Below, one piece after another: positions 21,976 to 33,009 of a DNA stretch of 64,000 nucleotides (its first letter is position 1; each line of letters opens with the position of its first letter). This DNA comes from an uncultured Bacillota bacterium. Its GTDB lineage: Bacteria; Bacillota; DTU025; MWDF01. The notes beneath the pieces are model-generated. The model saw only the letters and a program-made list of their open reading frames with translations, did no database searches and was not told the DNA's origin. A program made the translations under genes and the position numbers. Location: contig CAWGMK010000002.1 in NCBI GenBank assembly GCA_963823655.1, positions 50,688-114,687 of the forward strand, written 5' to 3'.

Positions 21976-22330
21976 AGCGGGGTCTTCACCGGGCAACTGA
22001 GAAGATACAATACTTCGAAAGTAAATTTCGTCCTCAGCAGGTTAAATCAGGTTTACGGGCGGGTGAAACATACAGAAGGCACAAGCCTAGGGGTATGCTT
22101 CTTTCCCGGAAAGGTAGAAGGTATGTTTCCAGCAATGTTGGGCGGCAGACGCAGCCCGAATGGCGGAGGTGCAAGCATACGGACTGGCGGCGGATCCAAA
22201 CCAGAACAGGGTGATGCCGCAGGAGAAACTTCCTGAAGCTTGAGGGCTGCTCGTCGCCGTTAACGATATCTGGCAATCCGAGCATGTTTGAAGAGCGATA
22301 TTTCGGAGAAACGATTTAGGTTACCCCGCT
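21976..22330 (+). ncRNA. Candidate large structured RNA or 5' leader, family not recognised
   Basis: Ends pair perfectly over 8 bp, enclosing several nested helices (see findings); no credible ORF. Confidence 0.55.
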
Positions 22331-22389
22331 ATGAAAGAAAAGCGAAAACTTAAAAGACGAAATAATGTGTGAGTTAGGAGATTGATAAC

Positions 22390-25300
22390 ATGAGAAGAAC
22401 CAGAGTTTTAACCGCGATCCTGATCGCAGTGGTTATGCTGGCCTCAATGCTGGTTATGGCTTTGCCGGCGCTTGCATCTGAGATTGTCCTTAAGAAGAAC
22501 ACGATGCCGGACAATGCGGCCCACTATGACATCGGGGACACAATCCATTACGAGATAATCGTACAGAACCCTGCGACCAATAACGCAACCAATACCGTCA
22601 ATTCTTTGACGGATACTCTCCCCGACGGGACGGTAGTGGTATTGGCGACCAACTTGGTACAAGCACCAGGTGCATCCAACACTTATCTCCTCGACTATGT
22701 CGTTAATGCCAACGACATGATATTCGACGAGTTCGGGGTGGACAAATGGAGAGTAACCAACTCCGTTAGAGCAATCGGACAAGATAGCTTCTTCGACGCA
22801 TTTAATGCTTATACTGAGAAAAACTCAATAATTGATGTACTTCCTTCCATCGACATAGAGAAGTACGTCAATGGAGAGGATGCGGACAGCGTTACAGGGC
22901 CGATAGTGCAAGTAGGCTCAACGGTAACATTCCGCTATGTAGTTACAAACACAGGGAATGTAACCTTGCTCAACGTAGCGGTTACAGACAATGTTCTGGG
23001 GCCAATAGGGGCAGTCGTGCCTTCACTGGCGCCCGGGGCAAGCTTCGAGTATTCTGTGAATGCCACAGCGACTGCCGGGCAGTATCATAATACCGGCACA
23101 GTAGTCGGCACTCCTGATTTGGGAGACAACCCGATAACTACTGTGACCGATTCTGATGACGGCCATTACTTCGGGGCTTTGGTAAGCATAGACATAGAGA
23201 AGTTGGTATCCGTAGATGGAATCAACTGGCTCGATGCTGACTCGGCACCGGGGCCGGACGCCGCCGTGCCCGGTACAGTAAGGTTCAAGGTCATAGTAAC
23301 GAACACAGGAAACGTTGCTTTGACCGGCATAGTGGTCCATGACACAGACTTCGTTTTCACCGGTGTCGCTACTGGCCTTGCGGCCGGCGCCTCTGATGAG
23401 AGCGACGTATTGACAGTCCCATCGGTAGTAGGACAGCACTACAACCTGGCCGACGTAATCGGCTATGCGGGTGCTGCATTCGATACAGATGAGGATGCCG
23501 CATATTATTGGGGCCTGGCGAGGCCTTCGATCGACATCGAGAAGCTGGTATCCGTTGATGGAATCAACTGGCTCGATGCAGACTCGGCACCGGGACCTGA
23601 TGCAACCGTGCCCGGGACCGTGAGGTTCAAGGTCATCGTGACCAACACCGGCAACGTTCCGCTATCCGGAATTGTTGTCGATGACACCGACTTCATATTC
23701 TCAGGCGTCGCAGCCAACTTGGCAGTAGGTGCCTCTGACGAAAGCGACATCCTGTCAGTGCCTTCAGTAGTAGGGCAGCATTATAACCTCGCCGATGTAA
23801 TAGGCTGGTATGATGACAATGATGTCTCTGACGAAGACCCTGCATATTACTGGGGCGTGGCCAGGCCTTCGATCGACATCGAGAAGTTTGTCTCCGTTGA
23901 CGGAGTCAACTGGCTTGATGCTGATACGGCACCTGGACCGGACGCACTAGTACCTGGTACCGTGAGGTTCAAGGTCATCGTGACCAACACCGGTAATATA
24001 ACCCTGACCGATATAGCGGTCCATGACACCGACTTCACCTTTACAGGCGTCGTTCCCACCCTGGCACCAGGTGCCTCAGATGAGAGCGACATCATTTCCC
24101 TACCTACAGTAGTGGGCCAGCATTACAACTTGGCTGACGTAGTGGGCTACTTCGACGATGCCCCGCCTGTTGTTGACAATGACCCCGCCCATTACTACGG
24201 CTTACCCGATCTGGACATCGACATCGAGAAGCTGGTTTCCGTGGACGGCGGCCAGACATGGCAGGACGCCGACACTGCGACCGGTCCTCATGTCTTATTA
24301 CCTGCAACAGTGCAGTTCAAGGTAATTGTGACCAATAATGGCAACGTAACCTTGACAGGTATTGTTGTAACAGACAGCGACTTCACATTCACTGGTGTCG
24401 TACCCAGCCTGGCACCGGGGGCCTCCGACGAAAGCGATGTTCTGTCAGTAGCCGCAGTATGTGGCCAGCATCAGAACTTGGCTAGCGTCATAGGCTATTA
24501 TCTGGCAATGTCTGCCACTGACCAGGACTATGCCCATTACTTCGGCGACTGCCCGTCGCTTGACCTAGAAAAGCTGGTCAACGGCGTGGACGCTGATTCG
24601 CCAACGGGTCCTGATAGTGCCAGTCGGCTCAGTCGTAACGTTTACCTATATCGTTACAAATACGGGTAACATTACGCTTACCAACATTGTCGTAACTGAC
24701 AATCAGCTGGGCGTAATCGGGACTATACCTTCCCTGGCTCCTGGCGCCTCGGCAACGCTTACGGATACCGACATCGCGATTGCCGGGCAGTACAGGAACG
24801 ATTCGAATGCCACCGATGGCCATGTATCGGATGACGATCCGGGCCATTACTTCGGAGCGGCCCCTGCAATAGACCTTGAGAAGTACGTCAATGACGAGGA
24901 TGCCGACTTACCGACAGGGCCTATCGTCTGGGTGGGCGACACGGTGACATTCGACTTCACAGTCACCAACACAGGCAACATCCTCCTGACCAACGTAGTG
25001 GTCACCGACGATGTGTATCGGCTTATCGGGACTATCCCGGCGCTTGCTGTTGGAGAGTCACAGACATTGACTATAACAGCTATAGCGTTGGCAGGACAGC
25101 ATACAAATATGGGTGCTGTTGACACAAACGAGGACGTTTCCGACACAGATCCTGGCAACTACTTCGCAAACAACCCCTGCGTAGACATCGAAAAGCTCAT
25201 CAACGGGCAAGACGCTGACTGCGCTCCTGGGGTAATAATCTGCGGAGACAGAGATTGCCTGCTCGTATACGAGTTCATAGTCACCAACTGCGGCAACGTG

Positions 25301-26901
25301 CCACTGACCAACATAACAGTGGACGATAACGTGCTTGGCCATATTGGTGACCTTCAGTTCTTGGAACCGGGCGAGAGCTATACTTTCACATAGGAAGAAA
25401 CGATCTTCGCGGAGTGTGGACAGCATTCGAACATAGGTACAGTAGTTGCTTATCCGTATTTGAACGGCGCCGGTCAGTTAACTGACGGCCCTCTGTTGAT
25501 CAAAGGTCAGTAACTGACTTCGACCTTGCATACTACTACGGAAAATGCACTGAAATCGACCTTGAGAAGTTCGTATCAGTGGATGGCGGAGATACATGGG
25601 ACGACGCGGACGCAGCACCTGGACCGCACATAGCCGCCGGCTCCATCGTAGAGTTCAAGTTCGTAGTTACAAACACCGGCAACGGCACATTGACCTACAT
25701 TGAAGTCATCGACAGCGTACTCGGATATATAGGGCTCATCCCGTTCTTAGAGCCGGGCGAAAGCTTTACATTCTTCGTCGATGACTATATAGCGCTTGCA
25801 GGACAGCATACCAACATCGGTACTGCGGTCTCTGAAAGCTGCAGCGCAATCGACACCGATCCTGGAAACTACTTCGGAGAATTCGAATGCATCGACATCG
25901 AGAAACTGATCATGGGCGATGATGCAGACGTAGCTCCAGGATGGATCGAATGGTGCATAGGCTGCACGATTAAGCTACGAATTCATAGTCACCAACTGCG
26001 GCAACGTGCCTCTGACGAACATCATGGTCACAGACAGCGTGTTTGGCGAAATCGGTACCATACAGTTGCTGGCCCTAGGCGATCATGTGACATTCACTAA
26101 GACTGCGATATCGTTAGCAGGACCTCATTCCAACATAGCAACCGCAGTGGCTGCATGAGGGCGCCACAGACACAGACTACGCCTATCTACTTCGGCGCAC
26201 TCCCCGGCATCGACCTTGAGAAACTGGTCAATGGCGAGGATGCGGACGTGGCACCCGGGCCGGTAGTAGCAATAGGCTCAGTCGTCACATTCGAATTCAG
26301 GGTAACCAACACCGGCAACATCGGCTTGGAGAACGTAGTGGTGTATGACGACTTGTTCGGCTACATCGGCGTAATCGACGATGCTGGCGTTTGGCGAAAC
26401 CGAGACGCTGACCATCACCCGTCTCAGCAGAGGCAGGACAGCACACGAACCTTGGGTACTGCAATGTTCTGCGACTGGAAGGACAGCGACTACGGCAACT
26501 ACTTCGGAGACGAGTTCATAGAGCCCGATCCGGACGAAGGCATGAGCATCAGCTGGTGGAGGAACCACAGGACCGATTGGGTCGACTACAGCACCGCTGA
26601 TGTCGCAGGCGACATATTCGACTTCCCGACCGAGCTTGGCAAACTGGCTGCAAAGAACCTGTTCGAAATATTAGGCGGCAAGATAAAGATGACCGACGAG
26701 AACGCCACGGCCAGCTACCTATTGAAAGCAGCGATTGCGGCCTTGCTCAACGCGGCGCATCCTGAAGTGAACTTCCCGATGACAGAGGCAGAAATAATCA
26801 GCGCAGTAAACAGCGCGCTGGCCTCGCTTAACATCGGCACGATGGAAGATCTGACGGATGAGCTTAACGATCTAAACAACCTGGGCGGGAGCATTGACTA
26901 G
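22390..26901 (+). CDS. Large secreted Ig-like repeat surface protein (DUF11/DUF7507-type repeats), ~1500 aa, broken by several frameshifts and one in-frame TAG
   Basis: Signal peptide; 11 repeats starting (I/L/V)D(I/L)EK...DAD...G...VTN.GN..L....V.D, spread over four track ORFs; helical C-terminal domain SWWRNH...LLKAAIAALLNAAHPEVNFP. Confidence 0.8.
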
Positions 26902-26954
26902 GCAAAGTACTGACCTAAGGGTCTAGTCAGCTATCGTCAAATGAAGATAGATGA

Positions 26955-26976
26955 GGGGAGGAAGGCCCTCCTCCCC
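26955..26976 (+). terminator. Hairpin, possible terminator
   Basis: GGGGAGGA / TCCTCCCC stem after the stop; weak U-tract. Confidence 0.4.
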
Positions 26977-27055
26977 CGTCTTCCAAGAACATCCGATAGA
27001 GTCCGGGGCCAATGACAATAGAGTGATCAATGTTAATAGATAGAGGTGATATTTA

Positions 27056-27715
27056 ATGCGCATCGTTAGGACGATGATGATTGTACTAGTACTAGCATTC
27101 GCACTTGCGACTGCCGGATGCGGAGAGCAGACCTGGTTCTTCGACTTCACTACCGCATCGGATGCGGACCTTGCCGAATGGTATATGGATGAGAATCCTG
27201 GAGCCTCAACCATAACACCGGATCCGGTCTACTGGGATCTGACTTCCGAAGGACTGCAACTCAGCTTCTACGGGGCCGCGGCGCCGTTCGCATTCCCGGG
27301 GGATTTCACAATGACTGTGGCCTTCTCCCTGGATGCTGACAGCAGCAACCAAGTCTACTTCGAATGCTATCCGGGCGATGAACAGGCCTGGGAACCTGAC
27401 AACTACATAATGAGCGCGTTCGATTATGTAGGCCTGACAGGCGGAGAAGTATGGTATGTAGGCGACAATGATGAAGAAGTGTTGAATACAACCGGCACCA
27501 TTCCAGGGCTGCTTAGATCAGGCGACAACACCTGGAAGATCGTCAAGCTGGGCGATGACTACGAGACATGGGTTAACGGCTCCAAGATATCCGATTTCTC
27601 GGCGGACAACGCCAACGGAGACTCGTACTATCCGACACTATACGCCGAACAGCTGGGCGGAACGGTATATTTCCAGAGCATTACCGTAGAGTATAAGGGC
27701 CAGCTGATAGACTAA
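27056..27715 (+). CDS. Acidic lipoprotein of a paralogous ConA/LamG-like family (copy 1)
   Basis: TAG-C lipobox; FDF...W; F.GDFTMTV.F; N.WKIVK.G..YETWVNG; YF.SITVEY.G. Confidence 0.7.
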   Translation: MRIVRTMMIVLVLAFALATAGCGEQTWFFDFTTASDADLAEWYMDENPGASTITPDPVYWDLTSEGLQLSFYGAAAPFAFPGDFTMTVAFSLDADSSNQVYFECYPGDEQAWEPDNYIMSAFDYVGLTGGEVWYVGDNDEEVLNTTGTIPGLLRSGDNTWKIVKLGDDYETWVNGSKISDFSADNANGDSYYPTLYAEQLGGTVYFQSITVEYKGQLID

Positions 27716-28041
27716 TGCGGCTGTAAAGCCGGTCGGACTCAATCGACCAATGGATGGTATGCCCTCCTGGGAGGACATATCGGAGTGAAAAGGCCCCTGC
27801 CGGATGAAATCCGGCAGGGGGCTCCAAAAAAAGCGGGGATAGGCTGAGGCCGGCTCGATGAAAACCGGGACTATGAGGGCCTGCAGCATGAAAGCCGAGT
27901 AACCGCTTTTCGAATGTGATCTCGAAGGTTGCATGATAATGAACAGCATAACGAATTGCCGGCGGCTTCGAGAGGAAAACCGGAGACATTACGACCATTA
28001 GCGAAAAGGGCAATCTTCGATGCCAGATTTGGGGGATAGAT

Positions 28042-29773
28042 ATGAAGAGGACTTTGATTTTAGCATTTGCGGTCTTGATGATGCTGGGCGTGCCGGCGAT
28101 GACGGCCGACTATAAGCTTTCGGGGACTTTCACGGGCGGATACAGCTACGCAAATGGCACAGGCGAGGACCAGCTAGGCCTTACCCTGGTGCTGGACTTC
28201 AATGAAGCAGGCCTTCTAAGCGCCCATGCGCCGCTCGCCCTCATCGGGGGAATAGGCATCGACGCGGGCTGGTGGGTGAAATATTCAACGATACCGCTAA
28301 ACGTGATAATTAGCGACAACAGCGTGACCGGCTACAAATGGGTGCCGATAGAGACTACTTTCGGCATGCTGTCGCAGGGCACAACCTCCAACAGGTTAAG
28401 CCGTGTGTGGGGCGATCTGACACCCGGGCTCAACTATGCGGCAGAGGCGTCCATGGATGAGATAACGGGATTTTACACAATAGCGGCACAACTCGGCATC
28501 GGGCTGCCTGCGGGGCTTGCCTTGACTTCGAACTTCGGCTGGTTGCACAATGCCGATGGCTATAATATGGGCCTCTCGACCGCCTTAACAGGCGCAATAC
28601 CCGTAATCGGGGGCAATTTCAAAGTGGCGGTGGGCAATTTCGCCGACCTTGATTTGGTATTGATCCCTCCGATGAATTTCTGGAATACCGATGACTTGCA
28701 GGCCTTCGCCGCATATGTCGGAGTATTGGGGATAGAACTTGGCCCGATAACGCTTAGCGAAATCTCCTACAAGATGAGCATGCCGGGCGTTTATGACGGC
28801 CTTTTCTCCTCGAGTTCACATTTCTATACCATGGACTTGCAGGAAGTTACGTCCAATATACTGGGGATATTCGAGCCCGTGACGATAGTCTTCAAGAACG
28901 GGCTGTGGTTTGAAAGCTTCAACTCTTCGGGCGGCAACAACGCCAATCTTGATGTGGCGGCAAGGATTGGAGCTCTTACGCTGGGGCTTAACATCGACTC
29001 CAAGCTTAACTGGGTATCAGGGCTGAAACATGCGGAGTATCTAAAGCTCAGAGCCGACTATGCCGGGGGCTTTGGCAACATCGGAGGCACGCTCGGCTAT
29101 AACTCCAACTGGGACGGAGTAGGTAAGTACGAAGTAAATCCCTGCCACCTACGGATCGGACGCAGCGCACGCAACCTTGTACTATGACTCGCCTTTCGGG
29201 CTCACCATAGAGGCGTACGGAGACTATGAGCAGTTCGGCATAAATACTGCGATGGCCGGCATTTATGCGGAATATGCGAACACATTCACAGCCGTACCAT
29301 ACGTCATAGACCTTAGAGGCCTTATCGCCGGCAGCTTCGACTATGAATGGGAGGAGCCGGCCACTAACGGCTTCGGTGCGATCGGGATGCTCAAGCTCGA
29401 TGCGAAAATAGACGCGTACTGGGATGCAGGGCTTCTGTTCATAACCAGGAACGCAAGCAGCCCGAACCTGTCATTTGAGCCGATAGCGAGCATATACGCA
29501 AAATACAGGCCCACTGGCATGGTTACGGTCAACGGGACCGTAAGCTATCGCTATACGCCCGGCGAGACAACGGAGCACAACTATTATGCAAGGCTGCAGG
29601 GGGATATCAAGCTAAGCACAAATGCGACGGCCTCGGTTTATTGGGGGGCTTCAGGCCTGAAGAGCGTAAGCAGCGGGGACGCCGATTATGCAAGGCCCTG
29701 GGGGGCTTATTTCGCGGAAGTAGAGCCGATGTACTGGGATACTTTCGGCGCTGAGTTCTCGATAAAATTCTAG
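28042..29773 (+). CDS. Putative outer-membrane porin / beta-barrel, frameshift ~29140-29177
   Basis: Signal peptide, amphipathic Gly/Tyr-rich strands across two abutting ORFs, C-terminal FGAEFSIKF. Confidence 0.6.
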
Positions 29774-29804
29774 ACTGGAAGCAGCAATACATGGAGGAAT
29801 CTAA

Positions 29805-30698
29805 ATGTTGAGTTCAAAGAGGTTTTTATGGGCTTCAATGATTACGATAGCTCTGATCGTACTATCCGGGTGTTCGTCATTGCAGCTCGAAGAGATAGTA
29901 ATCGTACTTCCGGACATGCCGGCAGGCTGCGCTCAGCAGACCCTCTTCCGTGCGGTCGGATACGACAAGAACAAGATCATAGTCTCCCTTAGGGAGGACC
30001 TGGTGTGGACCTGCTCACCGGATTCAGGGGTGAGCATTGATGCAGATCCGGCAGGGCAAAGTGCTCAGATAACTTTCACCGATCCCGGCACCTACACAGT
30101 CAGCGCGGCCAAGGGGCAGATATCGGAAGATGTCGTAGTTGAAGTGGTTTGCAGGCAACTGGCAAGAGTCGTGGTTCAACCGGCATTCCTGGATCTGAAA
30201 CAGGGCGAGGCCCAGTGGCTAACGGTCATCGGATACGACCAGTACGACGACCCTATTGCCATAACCGGAGATATTACGTGGAGCGTTACAGGCGGTGTAG
30301 GAACGGTCGATCCCGTCATAGGCTCCGGCACTACCTTCACTTCGACTGACGTGGGGCAAGGGACAGTCAGGGCGGACACGGGCGGATTATTCGACTCTTC
30401 ACCTGTTGAAGTCATCCCTGCATCAGTGCTAACAACTATTTTGATTTCGCCTCAGTTCGGTACCGCTTTAGTGGGTAAGTGCACATTCCTAACAGGCACT
30501 CCGTACGATCAGTACGGAGACGAAATGCAGCTTAGCTGCAGTCCGACCTGGAGCGTCGGCGGCGGGATAGGTACTGTATCTCCGTCCAGAGGCTGGTCGA
30601 CTACCTTCTGTGCTACGACTATGGGCCTGGGCAGCGTCAGCATTACGTGCAATTCGGTAACTGAAACGCTTGAAATTAATGTGCTCGACTGTGGCTGA
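29805..30698 (+). CDS. Lipoprotein with three Ig-like (Big_2-type) repeats
   Basis: LSG-C lipobox; repeated GYDQY.D...TWSV.GG.GTV.P..G..TTF. Confidence 0.7.
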   Translation: MLSSKRFLWASMITIALIVLSGCSSLQLEEIVIVLPDMPAGCAQQTLFRAVGYDKNKIIVSLREDLVWTCSPDSGVSIDADPAGQSAQITFTDPGTYTVSAAKGQISEDVVVEVVCRQLARVVVQPAFLDLKQGEAQWLTVIGYDQYDDPIAITGDITWSVTGGVGTVDPVIGSGTTFTSTDVGQGTVRADTGGLFDSSPVEVIPASVLTTILISPQFGTALVGKCTFLTGTPYDQYGDEMQLSCSPTWSVGGGIGTVSPSRGWSTTFCATTMGLGSVSITCNSVTETLEINVLDCG

Positions 30699-30801
30699 GG
30701 GGACTAGATATTGGCAGTTTGCCAATAGGACGCTCAACCGGAAAGCGTAAAGCGAAACCGAAGCAGAAGGGCAGGCCGGCTTGCCTGATGGGGGGATAAG
30801 C

Positions 30802-31482
30802 ATGAAAAGCATCAGATTGTTTCTGATTTTAGCAATAGTGCTGCTTACTATGGCTGCAGCAGGTTGCGGCAAGATGTATATGTACGACTTCTCAGAGGAA
30901 GGCAGCTTCATCAAGGGCAATGATGAATGGTTCAACTATATCTTCCCCGAGGGGGTCGCCGAATTCACTCCCGATGGAGTATACCTTGACGGCAGCTGCG
31001 TATCATCGCCCTTCGAATTTTCGGGCGATATGACCTATACCGTCAAATTCCTTTTGAATGTCGATGTCGACCACACGTGCGATATCCTTATATGCCTGAC
31101 CGATGCCATAGGGATTGACCACGACAACGGGCTTCATTTCAACTTCACTGCAGTCGGAAATCCGAGCGGGGAAAACTGCAGGATCAGCGATCTTAACATG
31201 CCCCTTGCCGAGGTGAAGATCCACATGGACGAACCTGGGGCGATACCGGGCCTTGTGCGAGACGGCGAGAACATCTTCAGAATGGTAAAAAGAGGCTCTC
31301 ACGTCCGCGCTACGATAAACGGGACGTTCCTTGCGGAATTCGACTTAGAGTGGTATACGTCCCCGTGGTTCAACCCGGCGATAATGGGCGATTTGGTAGG
31401 CGTAGCTGCGCCGGGTTACGGATTTACCCTGAACCGCATCTCTGTTCTGTACAATGGTGAAGAAAAGCTACTGGATTTATAG
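30802..31482 (+). CDS. ConA/LamG-like lipoprotein (copy 2)
   Basis: AAG-C lipobox; YDFS...W; SPFEFSGDMTYTVKF; ENIFRMVKRG....TING. Confidence 0.7.
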   Translation: MKSIRLFLILAIVLLTMAAAGCGKMYMYDFSEEGSFIKGNDEWFNYIFPEGVAEFTPDGVYLDGSCVSSPFEFSGDMTYTVKFLLNVDVDHTCDILICLTDAIGIDHDNGLHFNFTAVGNPSGENCRISDLNMPLAEVKIHMDEPGAIPGLVRDGENIFRMVKRGSHVRATINGTFLAEFDLEWYTSPWFNPAIMGDLVGVAAPGYGFTLNRISVLYNGEEKLLDL

Positions 31483-31686
31483 GGACAACTAGAAATATGG
31501 AAGAAGTAAGCAGCAGGTTGCCATCAAAGGCAGCCTGCTGCCGCTTTATGCATGAACCTGCTGCAGGCGAGGGTACCTGTTTCAGGTTGGACTAACGAAA
31601 ATTTCCGCCGTGCAGGGAAAAGTATGCATAGATAGAATATTTCAGAAGGGACATGACTTTCCGGCCTTCCAATTGGAGGTAAAGCA

Positions 31687-32229
31687 ATGAAGTATGGGAT
31701 CAAGCTCGTTGAGATGATAGCTGAAGAGTCGCTATACATAAGAATCAGGGCCTCCATTGAGGAGCTTCCTTCGGTTGTCGGTTTGGGCTACGGCAAGATA
31801 TGCGAATACCTTGCGGAAATGGGGGAGGAGCCATGCGGACTGCCGTACATCGCATACCACAATTTGGATGCGAACTGCCTTGATATGGAGATAGGATTTC
31901 CTGTTACGAAGCAGATCCCGGCAAAAGGCGAAATAAAAAGCGGGTACACCGTGTACGGGCTTTGCCTTGAGACGATGTACAAGGGCCCTTATTCCGCCCT
32001 TTTGATGACATCCGATTACTTGAACGACTGGATGGCGGAAAACGGCTATGAGCCGGTCGGGCCCCGCTACGAGTACTTCTACAACTCCTCGAGGAAGGTG
32101 CCGGCCGATGAGCTTCTTACCAGGATAATCATCCCCGTCAGGAAGAAGGAGGACTTGCCCAAAGTGCCGGAGGCTTCCGAAATCATCTCGAAGATCAAAG
32201 AGATCGAAGCGAAGAAATGCGCCCAATAA
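31687..32229 (+). CDS. GyrI-like small-molecule-binding protein
   Basis: DMEIGFPV, YKGPYS, WMAENGY, YEYFYN, LLTRIIIPV. Confidence 0.85.
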   Translation: MKYGIKLVEMIAEESLYIRIRASIEELPSVVGLGYGKICEYLAEMGEEPCGLPYIAYHNLDANCLDMEIGFPVTKQIPAKGEIKSGYTVYGLCLETMYKGPYSALLMTSDYLNDWMAENGYEPVGPRYEYFYNSSRKVPADELLTRIIIPVRKKEDLPKVPEASEIISKIKEIEAKKCAQ

Positions 32230-32235
32230 TGGAGG

Positions 32236-33009
32236 CTAATTGCCGCACTCGATGCTGATGTCGGTGAAAACCCTGAGTATGTCATCGATAGCGAGCCCCT
32301 CTTTTTCTGCGCCTGCCTTCTCCAGGACGACCTGCCCGTTGTTCATCATGATGAGCCTGCTGCCGTACTCCACCGCATATCGAAGGTTATGCGTCACCAT
32401 CATGGCGGTGAGCCTCTTCTGCCTCACTATCTTGTCCGTAAGCTGCATGATAGTCTCAGCGGTCTTGGGATCGAGCGCCGCCGTATGCTCGTCAAGTATA
32501 AGAAAGTCCACCGGGGTGAGCGTCGACATAACAAGGGCTGCCGCCTGCCTCTGCCCGCCGGACAAAGAACCTACTTTCTCATTCAGCTTGTTTTCCAACC
32601 CAAGCCCCAGCTCGGAAAGCTGCTCTTTGTAATAGGGAAGCCTCGACCTGTTGATGCCGTTGCCAAGGCCAAAGGGCCTTCCCTTGTTGTCGGCAAGGGA
32701 CATGTTCTCCAGAAGGCTCAGGTGCGGGCAAGTGCCCATGGCGGGGTTCTGGTAGACTCTTCCCATCCTTCTGTAGCGCTGGTGCTCCTTGAGCTTTACT
32801 ATGCTCTGCCCTCCGATGAGAACCTCGCCCCCGTCAATTGGTATGCTTCCGCAGATGATGTTGAGAAGTGAGGTCTTGCCGCTTCCGTTGCTCCCTACTA
32901 TGGATAGGAACTCTCCGGTCGGCACCGTAAGGCTGAACCTGTCGAACAGGCACATCTCTGTTATCGTGCCTGGATTATATACTTTCGTGATATTTTTTAG
33001 CTCAAGCAC
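32236..33009 (-). CDS. ABC transporter ATP-binding protein (TrpXYZ-type)
   Basis: GSNGSGKT, LSGGQRQ, LDEHTAALDP. Confidence 0.92.
   Translation of the reverse strand: MLELKNITKVYNPGTITEMCLFDRFSLTVPTGEFLSIVGSNGSGKTSLLNIICGSIPIDGGEVLIGGQSIVKLKEHQRYRRMGRVYQNPAMGTCPHLSLLENMSLADNKGRPFGLGNGINRSRLPYYKEQLSELGLGLENKLNEKVGSLSGGQRQAAALVMSTLTPVDFLILDEHTAALDPKTAETIMQLTDKIVRQKRLTAMMVTHNLRYAVEYGSRLIMMNNGQVVLEKAGAEKEGLAIDDILRVFTDISIECGN

Noticed and set aside
21895-22285. ORFs 21895-22236 (+) and 22034-22285 (-)
   Set aside because: No recognisable protein features; the region is better explained by RNA structure
21976-22330. Group I intron or hammerhead reading of the structured element (GGCAAUCC, GGACUG, minus-strand CUGCUGAGGACGAAA)
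   Set aside because: Motifs are in the wrong order or incomplete, no P7 partner was found, and there is no interrupted host gene
23180-24560. ~340 nt tandem DNA repeats as CRISPR or a mobile element
   Set aside because: In-frame protein domain repeats; no spacers or cas genes
25472-25518. Palindrome GTCAGTTAACTGAC with a near-copy ~30 nt downstream
   Set aside because: Lies inside coding sequence; most simply a small local duplication, with no recombinase nearby
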